Positions 10,138 through 18,901 of a stretch of 29,495 nt of DNA are shown here, piece after piece. Origin of the DNA: a virus (lineage: Duplodnaviria > Caudoviricetes); the IMG/VR virus record IMGVR_UViG_3300009095_000055, positions 1 to 29,495 of that record; one strand, written 5' to 3'. The notes below the pieces were generated by a model. The model was not told where the DNA came from. It searched no databases and worked only from the letters and a program-made list of their open reading frames with translations. Positions within the stretch are counted from its first letter, which is position 1. The number at the start of each line of letters is the position of its first letter. The position numbers were made by a program, and so were the translations under genes.

Positions 10138-10596
10138 TTAAAATAGATTCCCAATGAAATCTAAAGCACCTTTCTGATTACCACCAACATCATATCTTGT
10201 TATATATTCAAAATTGATAACCCAATCATTAGGAGTTGTATCACTAGAAAATGAGATATTTGGTACACTTTCTAAGTAAGCATTTCCAACTTGGATACCT
10301 GTCCCACCACCAACATCAACAATATTAACCATTAGTTTGTTTGATAAGTTAAAATCATCAGAATTGGTAATTTGAGATAAGATATTATTTTGATTTGATG
10401 TTTGTAACATTCTAAAAGAAACTGTACCGCTTCTATCTCTAGTGTGTACTCTTGTATTCTTACCTCTAATACCAGACACTTTTCTAAATTTAGGGGCATC
10501 AAGTCTCAACGTAATAAATTCACCAAGAGCAAAGTCTGTTAATTGATAATCATTAATAGTGAAGATAACATTTTCAGGATCAAAAGTCGCAAGCAT
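10138..10596 (-). CDS. Tail tube-like protein (paralogue 3, DUF3277-like)
   Basis: TFDPENV, LQTSNQNNIL and DWVI motifs shared with the two upstream genes. Confidence 0.75.
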   Translation of the reverse strand: MLATFDPENVIFTINDYQLTDFALGEFITLRLDAPKFRKVSGIRGKNTRVHTRDRSGTVSFRMLQTSNQNNILSQITNSDDFNLSNKLMVNIVDVGGGTGIQVGNAYLESVPNISFSSDTTPNDWVINFEYITRYDVGGNQKGALDFIGNLF

Positions 10597-10598
10597 AA

Positions 10599-11105
10599 TT
10601 AGAATACTCCTAAGTTGCCGCCAAACTGACCAAGTAATGCTCCAAGATTACCAACTTGTTCAATAATTTCTCTGTCAGTCTCATTACCAGCTAAACCGAA
10701 TACTAAGTTATGGGCTTTTATTGTCCATTCTCTTGTTTCGATACCTGTTGTATATGAAGCTTCAGGTGGTGTATCAATCCAGCATTCTGATGCTAAAAAG
10801 ATTGAATTTCCACTATTATCTTTGGCAAATATGGGGAACATTCCATTACCAGAATATCTGTCAAGAGTTGCTAAGGCATTAAGAACAGAATTGGAAGGAG
10901 ATGTTTGGGATAGGGAGATAGTGATGGTATGAGTATTATCAACAACTTTCGTTCTTTCGACACCACCTAAAGCACCTTTAGTAGTGTTATAATACTTTTC
11001 ATCACGGGAGATACTTAGGAGGGAACCGGGAGAGAAATCTGTAACTTGGTACAGAATAGCCAGATAAATATCAACTTCATCTGGTGAATATGTTTGTATA
11101 GTCAT
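10599..11105 (-). CDS. Tail tube-like protein (paralogue 2, DUF3277-like)
   Basis: TYSPDEV, LSQTSPSNSVL, KDNSG and REWTI motifs. Confidence 0.78.
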   Translation of the reverse strand: MTIQTYSPDEVDIYLAILYQVTDFSPGSLLSISRDEKYYNTTKGALGGVERTKVVDNTHTITISLSQTSPSNSVLNALATLDRYSGNGMFPIFAKDNSGNSIFLASECWIDTPPEASYTTGIETREWTIKAHNLVFGLAGNETDREIIEQVGNLGALLGQFGGNLGVF

Positions 11106-11177
11106 AATAATTCTTCCTTACCGTAGAAGATAGGATTCCCAACATTGCATCAGGAACCCCTATCAATCAAAGGAAGT

Positions 11178-11696
11178 TTATGGGTTAGTTACCCAACGCG
11201 GATCAACAGTACCACCCATACCTTCAATAGCGTTCTGTTCATCAACAGTAAAGCGACCATTACCACCAATGTTATAAGACGGCTTAGGCATACGAATAGT
11301 CCATTCACGACCTTCAATAGTACCATTACCAGAAATCGCCTGAGAAGGTTCTTCCATGATATATGCAAAACCATCAGAATAAATAGTAGTACCTGAAGAG
11401 TCTTTAACAGTTAAGTTGAAAGTTCCCTCAAGAGTCTGACGATCATTCTCAAGCAATGCAAACAACACATCATTTGAATGAGAAGTTTGAGAAAGACCAA
11501 TCGTTACCGATACTGCTCTACTTGGTTGATGCGCTCTATATTCTTCACCTTTAGCACCAACTGTTGGAGAAAATCTTTCTGTAGCAGGTTCGAAAGTTAC
11601 CATAGAACCTTCTTGGAAACCAGTAAGCGTATGATCAATAAAATCATTCTGAATGATAATGTCAACGGCTTCTGGAGAAAATGTTTTTACACTCAT
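11178..11696 (-). CDS. Tail tube protein (DUF3277-like)
   Basis: TFSPEAV, LSQTSHSNDVL, KDSSG and REWTI; directly after sheath; GAGG SD favours ATG 11696. Confidence 0.85.
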   Translation of the reverse strand: MSVKTFSPEAVDIIIQNDFIDHTLTGFQEGSMVTFEPATERFSPTVGAKGEEYRAHQPSRAVSVTIGLSQTSHSNDVLFALLENDRQTLEGTFNLTVKDSSGTTIYSDGFAYIMEEPSQAISGNGTIEGREWTIRMPKPSYNIGGNGRFTVDEQNAIEGMGGTVDPRWVTNP

Positions 11697-11733
11697 TTTC
11701 AATCCTCTTATTTAATAGTTTCTGAAAAGATTT

Positions 11734-11757
11734 AAAGAAGGAGTCCTTACGGACCCC
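11734..11757 (-). terminator. Probable intrinsic terminator after sheath gene
   Basis: Minus strand GGGGTCC-GTAA-GGACTCC followed by TTCTTT (GNRA tetraloop). Confidence 0.7.
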
Positions 11758-11763
11758 AACACT

Positions 11764-13074
11764 TTAGATAACCAATCGACCACGAATAGAAACGAAGTGA
11801 ACAGCACCTTGAAGAGTAGCTGTGAATTCGAAACCAGTAGCAACACGATTAGCACGATCATTAGGATCAGCTTGGCGAGGATTGGGAACGACGATTGAAT
11901 AGTCAGGAGTAATACCACCAACAGCAACACCCTGATTAAGAACTTCTCTCATTCTACCTTCAATAACTGCAAAACCAGCATTGGTATAAGGAATCTTTTC
12001 AGAGTTCACAAGAGTCAGATAAATACGCTCACGCATTCTTGCCTCAAGCCAATCTGCAAAACGGATGATATCAATAAACTCAGAATTGACCATTCGACCT
12101 TCTTGGAAGATATTACGTTCTGCTACTCGCTCATAAGTATTGTAACCTTTACCATAATCATAACGAGTACCTTTAAGAGTAAGTGATTGAGTAGTAGACA
12201 GGTTACTAACAGTGACACCAGAAACAGTCTGGAATTTCCAAGTGGTAGAACCCGGATCTTTAGGGGCTTGCAGACCAATGAATGCCATTTCAGGATATTC
12301 ATCAGGATTCTCAGCATAAAGAATAAAGGTGCGTGACAAGTCCAATGCTTGGAGAACAGAACCAATATCCCCGGTATTCAATGCATCAAGAGCATCCGCG
12401 CCTGAATAGGAAGTACCGAAAATTTTGGTATCAGCCTGCACAAGGTTAGCCATCTCTTGAATATCAGCAGGTTCATGAGAATACATACCAACGAAATAGA
12501 AATCATTATCTTGTTCTTTAATTTTTCCATAAGCATCAGTCAGAGATTCAGTAACTTCAGTAGCAGTAATATTCGAACTATTGGAATAAGTAAAGTCATC
12601 AAAATCATCTGGAATGACACTGAAAGTACCATCATTGTTATTCAAGAAAGTACCGGGAGCAGAAGCATTTGCAAATTCAACTTCAAGAGCATCAACGATA
12701 TCTTGTTCAGTTGCTGGTGAACCTGAAGTGATACTTACCAAAACCCCATCAACAGTAATGGAATAATCAGTACCATCATCAAGATCAGTGATCTCAAAAT
12801 CAACACTGAGGGTACCAGTAACTCTCTTACCAATCTTCATATATGTTGGGGAGATTTGTTGTCCAAAAGTTCTAAGTGCAGCAGTATGTTCAGGAGTACC
12901 ATCACCAAAATCTTCAAGGACTGCATCGGCACTAGTATATGTTCTAACATATTCCTGAGTACCATAAATACCTTGAGTATTGCCGATGAATAATGGTGTA
13001 CCAAAACCAACACGGGAAATACCTCTAGTCTCCCTTGTGATACTAATATCAATAATTTCTTTCAAATCTGTCAT
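11764..13074 (-). CDS. Tail sheath protein (DUF3383-like)
   Basis: GFGTPLFIG, PGSTTWKF, FIDIIRFADWL, KIPYTNAG and GAVHFV motifs. Confidence 0.93.
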   Translation of the reverse strand: MTDLKEIIDISITRETRGISRVGFGTPLFIGNTQGIYGTQEYVRTYTSADAVLEDFGDGTPEHTAALRTFGQQISPTYMKIGKRVTGTLSVDFEITDLDDGTDYSITVDGVLVSITSGSPATEQDIVDALEVEFANASAPGTFLNNNDGTFSVIPDDFDDFTYSNSSNITATEVTESLTDAYGKIKEQDNDFYFVGMYSHEPADIQEMANLVQADTKIFGTSYSGADALDALNTGDIGSVLQALDLSRTFILYAENPDEYPEMAFIGLQAPKDPGSTTWKFQTVSGVTVSNLSTTQSLTLKGTRYDYGKGYNTYERVAERNIFQEGRMVNSEFIDIIRFADWLEARMRERIYLTLVNSEKIPYTNAGFAVIEGRMREVLNQGVAVGGITPDYSIVVPNPRQADPNDRANRVATGFEFTATLQGAVHFVSIRGRLVI

Positions 13075-13108
13075 GATTTGTTATCTCCATTGTAGAAAGG
13101 TTTGTCAT

Positions 13109-13642
13109 TTATTGCGTAGTGTGATTATCAAATTCGATAACAGTGCTTCCATCAATATCTTCAAATCTCCCTTTCCATCTAACTGAATCAAACCAATCAA
13201 TATCGAGTGTTGATTCAAATGCTGTGAGAGTTTCAATATCAAAAGTTGCTCTTTGTATATAACCCGTATCTCTTAAATCAGGCATTCTCCTAACTTGTGT
13301 AATATCCACAATGGAAATGTTATTAGTTTCGTAGAATCCTTCAATTACATCTTCATATGAAAATAAAGCTTGTGCTTCAAATGCATTGTCATAAGCGTTT
13401 GGACCATAAAAGGATACGGTGAGTAATATGTTGTAGTCTTGGTTAAGTTTCTCTTCAAAACCATCTACAGTTTTATTGAAGTGATTTTTATCCCTATGGA
13501 GTTTATTGAAAGTTGTAATTCCAATTACTCCATATTCTCCTGTTTGTTCTGGACCACCTTGATAATCTAGGATAATAGGGATAGGAAAAGCATTATTAAG
13601 TTCAATAAGGAAGGCATCTTCAAAGTCTGAAACAAATCCCAT
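13109..13642 (-). CDS. Neck / tail terminator protein
   Basis: Position immediately before sheath; 177 aa; VSFYGPNA and RATFDI motifs. Confidence 0.65.
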   Translation of the reverse strand: MGFVSDFEDAFLIELNNAFPIPIILDYQGGPEQTGEYGVIGITTFNKLHRDKNHFNKTVDGFEEKLNQDYNILLTVSFYGPNAYDNAFEAQALFSYEDVIEGFYETNNISIVDITQVRRMPDLRDTGYIQRATFDIETLTAFESTLDIDWFDSVRWKGRFEDIDGSTVIEFDNHTTQ

Positions 13643-14025
13643 TATGATGTACCCCCTGCTGATTGTTCTTCTCTCACTAGAAGATATTCATAATGTTCTC
13701 TTGGTCCCATATGGAACGACTTTCTCTTATGTACAGAAAACTTAATACCTTCAATAACAACTTTATCAGGAGACTGTGAAGACCCTTCCTCTAATGAATT
13801 AAGAAATGTCCAACCAAAGAACTTTCTTAAATCTTTGGATCGGAAAGCTTCGGGAAGCATCATTATTTCATAACCGGGAAGAGGTTGTTCATTACCTTCA
13901 ATGGAGAAAGTTGTTTCAGTACCTTTTACCAATCTACCATTTACATATGTATCAGGAGCTCTACGAATAACTGTATAGGTTTTCTTACCGACAAGTTTAA
14001 GGAGCATTGAAGTTCTAACTGTCAT
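13642..14025 (-). CDS. Head closure / head completion protein
   Basis: Y.NG..V.G, QP and LPE motifs; position in neck cluster. Confidence 0.65.
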   Translation of the reverse strand: MTVRTSMLLKLVGKKTYTVIRRAPDTYVNGRLVKGTETTFSIEGNEQPLPGYEIMMLPEAFRSKDLRKFFGWTFLNSLEEGSSQSPDKVVIEGIKFSVHKRKSFHMGPREHYEYLLVREEQSAGGTS

Positions 14026-14042
14026 GTCTTTTACTCCTTAGT

Positions 14043-14522
14043 TTATTTAACAATGAATGTAGCATTTCTGATAAGTTCACCACTATCAATATAAGGCATG
14101 GCATGACCTTTGAAGAAGTAAGTTAATGGTGCGTTTCTATTATTCTTGGAGCCATCTACATACCAGAACATCATTTTATTTTGATATCTACCAACAAGAT
14201 GATGACCAGAAGCATTAACAAGTAATGTATCAGTTTGGGTTTTCTGTTCTAGAAAGACTTTATAATATGGAGCTAATTCTTTTGTGAATTCATACTTGGA
14301 AGTTTTCAAATCTTGAACTGTTTCACGTAATGCAGGACGACTTGGGATCTTTTTAGTTCCCCATTCTTGCATAGCTGCTACAGTTGCATAAGGAAGCTTA
14401 GCTTGAGAGTGCATACCGGCACCATCAGGGTACCCCCATTCAACTTCTTTCTTACTCAAATTCTTTAGTTTCTTCTCTAGATGATCTAATCCAGATAGAT
14501 TAAGTTCAGCATTTTTACCCAT
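14043..14522 (-). CDS. Neck / tail completion protein (HK97 gp10-like)
   Basis: VAAMQEWGT..IPSRP..R and PYIDSGEL motifs. Confidence 0.72.
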   Translation of the reverse strand: MGKNAELNLSGLDHLEKKLKNLSKKEVEWGYPDGAGMHSQAKLPYATVAAMQEWGTKKIPSRPALRETVQDLKTSKYEFTKELAPYYKVFLEQKTQTDTLLVNASGHHLVGRYQNKMMFWYVDGSKNNRNAPLTYFFKGHAMPYIDSGELIRNATFIVK

Positions 14523-14533
14523 CTAAATCACCC

Positions 14534-14995
14534 TTAAACTAGTGGATGAGAACCCTTCTCTCTACCGCATCCACATTCACAATAGATAACACCATCATAA
14601 AATCGGTTATCTGTATATGCTGGATTGTTTCGTGTTCTACAAACATCAGCTCGGTAGACACCACCGAAAGACGGAACAGCTAAAGCACCTTCCCTAATTT
14701 CATCTTCAATCTCATCAATAGCAGCTTTCAATGCATCTGCCGATGCTCCATAAACCTCATACGCCCCACTTCTTTCCCTAGAAGGCCCCATCATTAATTC
14801 AACAAGTTCTTTCTTGAGAAGTTTCAATGCGACTTTATTTAAAGCCTTTTGAGTTGGTGGTTGTGGTTCAATTTGATTAATGAAGTAATTTAACTCTTCA
14901 TCTTCATACCTATGGTATTCTTCTACAGTGTCATTTAGACGCCATCTCAAATAATTCAAAGGTACAGATAAATCTGGCGAATATGAAAAACTCAT
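14534..14995 (-). CDS. Head-tail adaptor protein
   Basis: LRWRLNDT......DEEL..F motif; first neck gene. Confidence 0.65.
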   Translation of the reverse strand: MSFSYSPDLSVPLNYLRWRLNDTVEEYHRYEDEELNYFINQIEPQPPTQKALNKVALKLLKKELVELMMGPSRERSGAYEVYGASADALKAAIDEIEDEIREGALAVPSFGGVYRADVCRTRNNPAYTDNRFYDGVIYCECGCGREKGSHPLV

Positions 14996-15090
14996 TTATT
15001 TAACCCCTCTTTTATTTGGTCATAGTAAGGTGGCTAGAAGATGGTGGGGTATCATCTTTGAATACTAGCCATATAAATCCCCACTACTAA

Positions 15091-15564
15091 TTATGCTGGA
15101 TTTTCTAATGCAGCAACTCGACTTTCAAGATCAGTAATCTGAGTTCCCATTGCATTAATATCACCTTGAGCAGTTGCTAAATCAGTACCAAGATCAGCAA
15201 TATCACCTTGAACAGTTGTTAATCCAGTCTCAAGATCAGCAATATCACCTTGAGCAGTTGTTAAATCAGTACCAAGATCGGTGATCTGAGTTTCCATTGC
15301 ATTAATACTTGTTTCATGACCAGCAACAGTGGTCTGTAGAGTAGAAATCTGAGTTTCCATTGCATTAATACTTGCTTCATGACCAGCAACAGTTGTCTGT
15401 AAGGTATTAATCTGAGTTTCCATATTAGCAATAAGACCTTCAGCAGCATCAAGACGATCTTGTAAAGATTGGATAGTTGTAGGGTCAACACTGCCAATCA
15501 AATTACCTTCAAAATCATAATAAGCAGGTGCCATCTGAGGACGATATTTCTTTTCAATAGACAT
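15091..15564 (-). CDS. Coiled-coil virion fibre-like protein with internal repeats
   Basis: Continuous heptads; 21-aa and 14-aa repeats; ends ITDLESRVAALE. Confidence 0.6.
   Translation of the reverse strand: MSIEKKYRPQMAPAYYDFEGNLIGSVDPTTIQSLQDRLDAAEGLIANMETQINTLQTTVAGHEASINAMETQISTLQTTVAGHETSINAMETQITDLGTDLTTAQGDIADLETGLTTVQGDIADLGTDLATAQGDINAMGTQITDLESRVAALENPA
15137..15423. repeat. In-frame 42-bp and 63-bp tandem repeats
   Basis: AATATCACCTTGA at 15157, 15199 and 15241 (period 42); ATCTGAGTTTCCAT at 15284, 15347 and 15410 (period 63). Confidence 0.9.
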
Positions 15565-15578
15565 TTAATAATTCCTCA

Positions 15579-15977
15579 TTAATCTTTAAATGCTTTAAGT
15601 CCACCAGAAGTAAGAGTTCCATCATCACGTAACTGATTACGCTTGATTTCTCTAACCTTACCTTGATATTCTACTTGGAAAGATTCTTCAGTATCGACAA
15701 CAACTCTTGCAACGCTTGTATTGGAATCTTCTTCTTCTTCTTTCTTAACTGGTTCTTTTTGAACTTCTTTTGTCTTAGAAACATACTCATTATATTTGAA
15801 TAGTCTACGATCATCAGGATGGGCAAAGATACCAGCCCTATACATCTTGTCAATGAAGTGATTAGAAAGTTTGTCAATATCAGGAATCGATTGACCAATC
15901 TTATAATCTTCACCTTCATATTTTGTATTCTTGGCAAACACTAACTGCTTACCTTTATCCGGTTTTAACAGCGCCAT
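15579..15977 (-). CDS. Hypothetical protein downstream of major capsid
   Basis: AAGGAG SD; 132 aa; charged linker. Confidence 0.7.
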   Translation of the reverse strand: MALLKPDKGKQLVFAKNTKYEGEDYKIGQSIPDIDKLSNHFIDKMYRAGIFAHPDDRRLFKYNEYVSKTKEVQKEPVKKEEEEDSNTSVARVVVDTEESFQVEYQGKVREIKRNQLRDDGTLTSGGLKAFKD

Positions 15978-16005
15978 ATTGACTCCTTATCTATCTTAAA
16001 GACTT

Positions 16006-16036
16006 AAAAAAGGGGAAGGGATAAACCCAACCCCTT
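16006..16036 (-). terminator. Intrinsic terminator after major capsid gene
   Basis: Minus strand AAGGGG-TT-GGG-TTTAT-CCC-TT-CCCC followed by T6. Confidence 0.85.
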
Positions 16037-16055
16037 ACATATCTTCAGAAATTAA

Positions 16056-17036
16056 TTAAGAAGACAGAACGTTAGTAAAGAATGCACCAAGTGAAGGAGC
16101 AACGATACGCATGTCATCGGCATACTTGATTTCAAGACGAATAGTACCATCCAGAAGAGGATGATCCATTTTGATAATAGAACCACCAAGAGACAGGTAG
16201 TTATTCGGACCTACCCAATTGAAGCGGGCCATAGCAGTCGGGGACTGAGTACCAGCATTAGATTGCAGATAAGCCAGCAGCATGGTGTTATCACCAAGCA
16301 TTTCATTTTCGCCATCAGCACCACGAACAACAGTATCAAACACTACGATACTGGACAGGCCAAACACAGCGGCAAGGGTTTGTTCGTTTGCAACAGCAGG
16401 ACTATCCCCACCACGATAACGAATGCGGTCCAGAATGTCTGGATGACGCAGAAGAGCATTAAACACGCGACGACCAAGATACAGAGTGTTGGGCATGAAA
16501 CCACCACTTGACAACTGAATCTGAAGCATGGTGTCTTGGGTAACACCAACAGGATCGGAAGTAGGATCATCGAAGAAAATGAATTCGTTCGCACCAGCAC
16601 CATCAACACTACCAGTTTTATCAATACCCCAAACACCAGCGGTCATGAAGGTGGAGTAGAAACGATTCTCACGTTCCAGAAGCATCTGTGTGGTCAGATA
16701 AGTGGCACCATCACGCTCAATAGCAATAGAAGAGGTAGCAGCATTGTGCAGAGTAATTGGATCAAGGTCAACATGCAAACCATACAGTTTTGCATTATAG
16801 TTACCTTCGCCGTAATCGAACTTACCTGCACTGGTTTGGGTACCAGAGGCATACGGACGAACACGAACTTCACGAAGTGCATCAGCACCAAAAGTACGAT
16901 ACAGACCAGACTGATTCTGAACCTGAATACTTGGCAGAGAGTTAGCAGCTCGGAACTGTGAATTATCACGTGCCATTTTAAAGCTGAAATTAGTCAGATA
17001 TGTATCAGGCGCTCTAAGATTAGGAACAACGGCCAT
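16056..17036 (-). CDS. Major capsid protein
   Basis: D.YLTN.S, DPTSDP, G..PNTL.LG..VFNAL.RHPDI motifs; follows decoration gene; strong SD and terminator; CGT/CGC-biased Arg codons. Confidence 0.9.
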   Translation of the reverse strand: MAVVPNLRAPDTYLTNFSFKMARDNSQFRAANSLPSIQVQNQSGLYRTFGADALREVRVRPYASGTQTSAGKFDYGEGNYNAKLYGLHVDLDPITLHNAATSSIAIERDGATYLTTQMLLERENRFYSTFMTAGVWGIDKTGSVDGAGANEFIFFDDPTSDPVGVTQDTMLQIQLSSGGFMPNTLYLGRRVFNALLRHPDILDRIRYRGGDSPAVANEQTLAAVFGLSSIVVFDTVVRGADGENEMLGDNTMLLAYLQSNAGTQSPTAMARFNWVGPNNYLSLGGSIIKMDHPLLDGTIRLEIKYADDMRIVAPSLGAFFTNVLSS

Positions 17037-17077
17037 TATGTAGACTCCTTAAAAATTATTATGAAAGATGAATGAAA

Positions 17078-17476
17078 TTACGGGGTAGAGGCGGCAACAC
17101 GTGCAGCTTGCTTGAACAGAAGGATTTTACCTTCTTCACCAGCAGCAACGTCTTTGTCGATAACTTGGCCCAGAACAATCTCACCACCATCAGCAGCACG
17201 CATAGTGCCCGTATCGGTGTTGGTCACATAAGTACCAACCGGAAGATCTTCTTCTGCCCACACGTAAGTGATATCGCCAGTACGGACAGCAGGAGCCTCA
17301 CCTTCAAGGCAATTGTCACGAAGTACGCCTGTCACATTCGGATCAGCAGCAGTGCTTGCAACAGCGAATTGACCATCAGGTTGCAGAACAACAAACAGAC
17401 CATAAGCTTCAGCAAGAGCGTCACTAGTAGCCCAATCAGCAGTACCGTAGTCATTATAGGAATTAATATCAAACAT
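17078..17476 (-). CDS. Capsid decoration / cement protein
   Basis: Gly/Ala-rich 132 aa beta protein (GVL..N...GE...V..G; LG......AAGE) just before the major capsid gene. Confidence 0.78.
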   Translation of the reverse strand: MFDINSYNDYGTADWATSDALAEAYGLFVVLQPDGQFAVASTAADPNVTGVLRDNCLEGEAPAVRTGDITYVWAEEDLPVGTYVTNTDTGTMRAADGGEIVLGQVIDKDVAAGEEGKILLFKQAARVAASTP

Positions 17477-17508
17477 TAAAATATCCTCTTTATTTAAATT
17501 AGTGATGC

Positions 17509-18456
17509 TTACAGGTTATGAATCTTTTCGAAAGCCTTAACATAAGCATCTTGCTCAGGCATACCTTCTTCGACGAAAGATTTCTGCAAGGCAACAACCT
17601 TAGCTTCATCATCAGTCGGCTGGTCTTGAGTAGTAGTAACACCTTTCTCAACGAAAGAATCTTCTTTCTCAAGGGTATCAATCAGAGACTTCAGTACATC
17701 TTTAATAGCAGAAGTTTCTTCAGATTTCTCAACAGCAGCAAGTGCTTTGGCAATAACTTCTTTATCAGCACCTTCACCCATATACTTAGCAAAAGATTCA
17801 GCTTTTGCCAGATACTCTTGTTTTTCTTTTTCTTCAGCAGCAGCTTTAAAAATATCAAGTTGCTTTTTCAGAAATTCAACTTTTTCGTTGGCAGCTTTTT
17901 CTACAGCTTCTTTATGCGCAGCTACAGCATCTTGTGCAGCTTTTGCAACCATCTCTTGAATACTTTCTTGAGTCAGTTCTGTGGACATTGTATTGACCTC
18001 ATTTTCAGTTTTAGTAATATTATCTTCAGTTGATTTACCGCTAGAATAATCTCCATCTTCAACTGAAGATGAAGTCTTTGTCAGATACTCATTAAAAGCA
18101 TCAACAAATCTTTGAGAACTTTCAGACTTTTCAATAGTAACCTTGTCCATGTTCTCTTTAACCATATCCTCATATGTTTTCATATCATCTTCATCATAAA
18201 GATCTTCATATGAGTAACCCAACATACCAGCAATCATTTGTGCATCTTCGTACCAGATACCAACATAGCGGGTAAGAAACTCCATAAGAGAAAGTTTCAA
18301 ATTAACACTTACAGCTTTTTGAATTTCTTCTTCAGATGCTTTCAAGGATTTCATGACAAGAACTTCTTGAAGATTCGCAGCTTTATCAACAAGAGCCACG
18401 TGAGCACCCTCTGATTCAAAATTAAAATTTGTGATACGTCTTTTTGCTTTATTCAT
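17509..18456 (-). CDS. Capsid scaffolding protein with N-terminal protease-like segment
   Basis: GGAGAG SD before ATG 18456, which overlaps the upstream gene end; E/K/A-rich helical C-terminal half; N-terminal AHVALVDKAAN. Confidence 0.78.
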   Translation of the reverse strand: MNKAKRRITNFNFESEGAHVALVDKAANLQEVLVMKSLKASEEEIQKAVSVNLKLSLMEFLTRYVGIWYEDAQMIAGMLGYSYEDLYDEDDMKTYEDMVKENMDKVTIEKSESSQRFVDAFNEYLTKTSSSVEDGDYSSGKSTEDNITKTENEVNTMSTELTQESIQEMVAKAAQDAVAAHKEAVEKAANEKVEFLKKQLDIFKAAAEEKEKQEYLAKAESFAKYMGEGADKEVIAKALAAVEKSEETSAIKDVLKSLIDTLEKEDSFVEKGVTTTQDQPTDDEAKVVALQKSFVEEGMPEQDAYVKAFEKIHNL

Positions 18457-18901
18457 CGATACTCTCCGTTGTTGCAAGACAACCTACCGAGAAACCTGTA
18501 AAAGTTCCATCTTTGCACATCTTCCAAATCTCTTCATGATTGATCTTTGCGGTTGCTACCCAATCACCTTTGTGAATCATTCCTTCACCAAGTTGAAAAT
18601 CATGAGGTGCAATATAATTCTCCACAAAGACAATATCGTCAGTGTCTACAAGATGTTGCATATTACCTTTTTGACAATATTGGACAAATGAATGACATGC
18701 TTTTTCAACTGTATCACTATCGTAAATATCACCATGTGCATCGGGTATATCAGGTCGAAGAACAACAGCAGTAAAGAGTCGTTTTTCTTCATTAATTGAC
18801 TTAGCAATGTTTTCGACTTTTACTTCATCTTCTTTTTCAGAACCAGAAAAATTCTTATCTAACCATTCTGAGAAAGATTGTATTAGTTTTGTTTTATCCA
18901 T
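18449..18901 (-). CDS. Prohead protease, XkdF-like
   Basis: VL.PD..DAHGD, NMQH, KGDWV and W..CKDG.FTGFSVG motifs. Confidence 0.85.
   Translation of the reverse strand: MDKTKLIQSFSEWLDKNFSGSEKEDEVKVENIAKSINEEKRLFTAVVLRPDIPDAHGDIYDSDTVEKACHSFVQYCQKGNMQHLVDTDDIVFVENYIAPHDFQLGEGMIHKGDWVATAKINHEEIWKMCKDGTFTGFSVGCLATTESIDE

Noticed and set aside
15137-15423. Repeats considered as CRISPR array or DGR template
   Set aside because: In-frame coding repeats without unique spacers; no cas or reverse transcriptase gene in the window.
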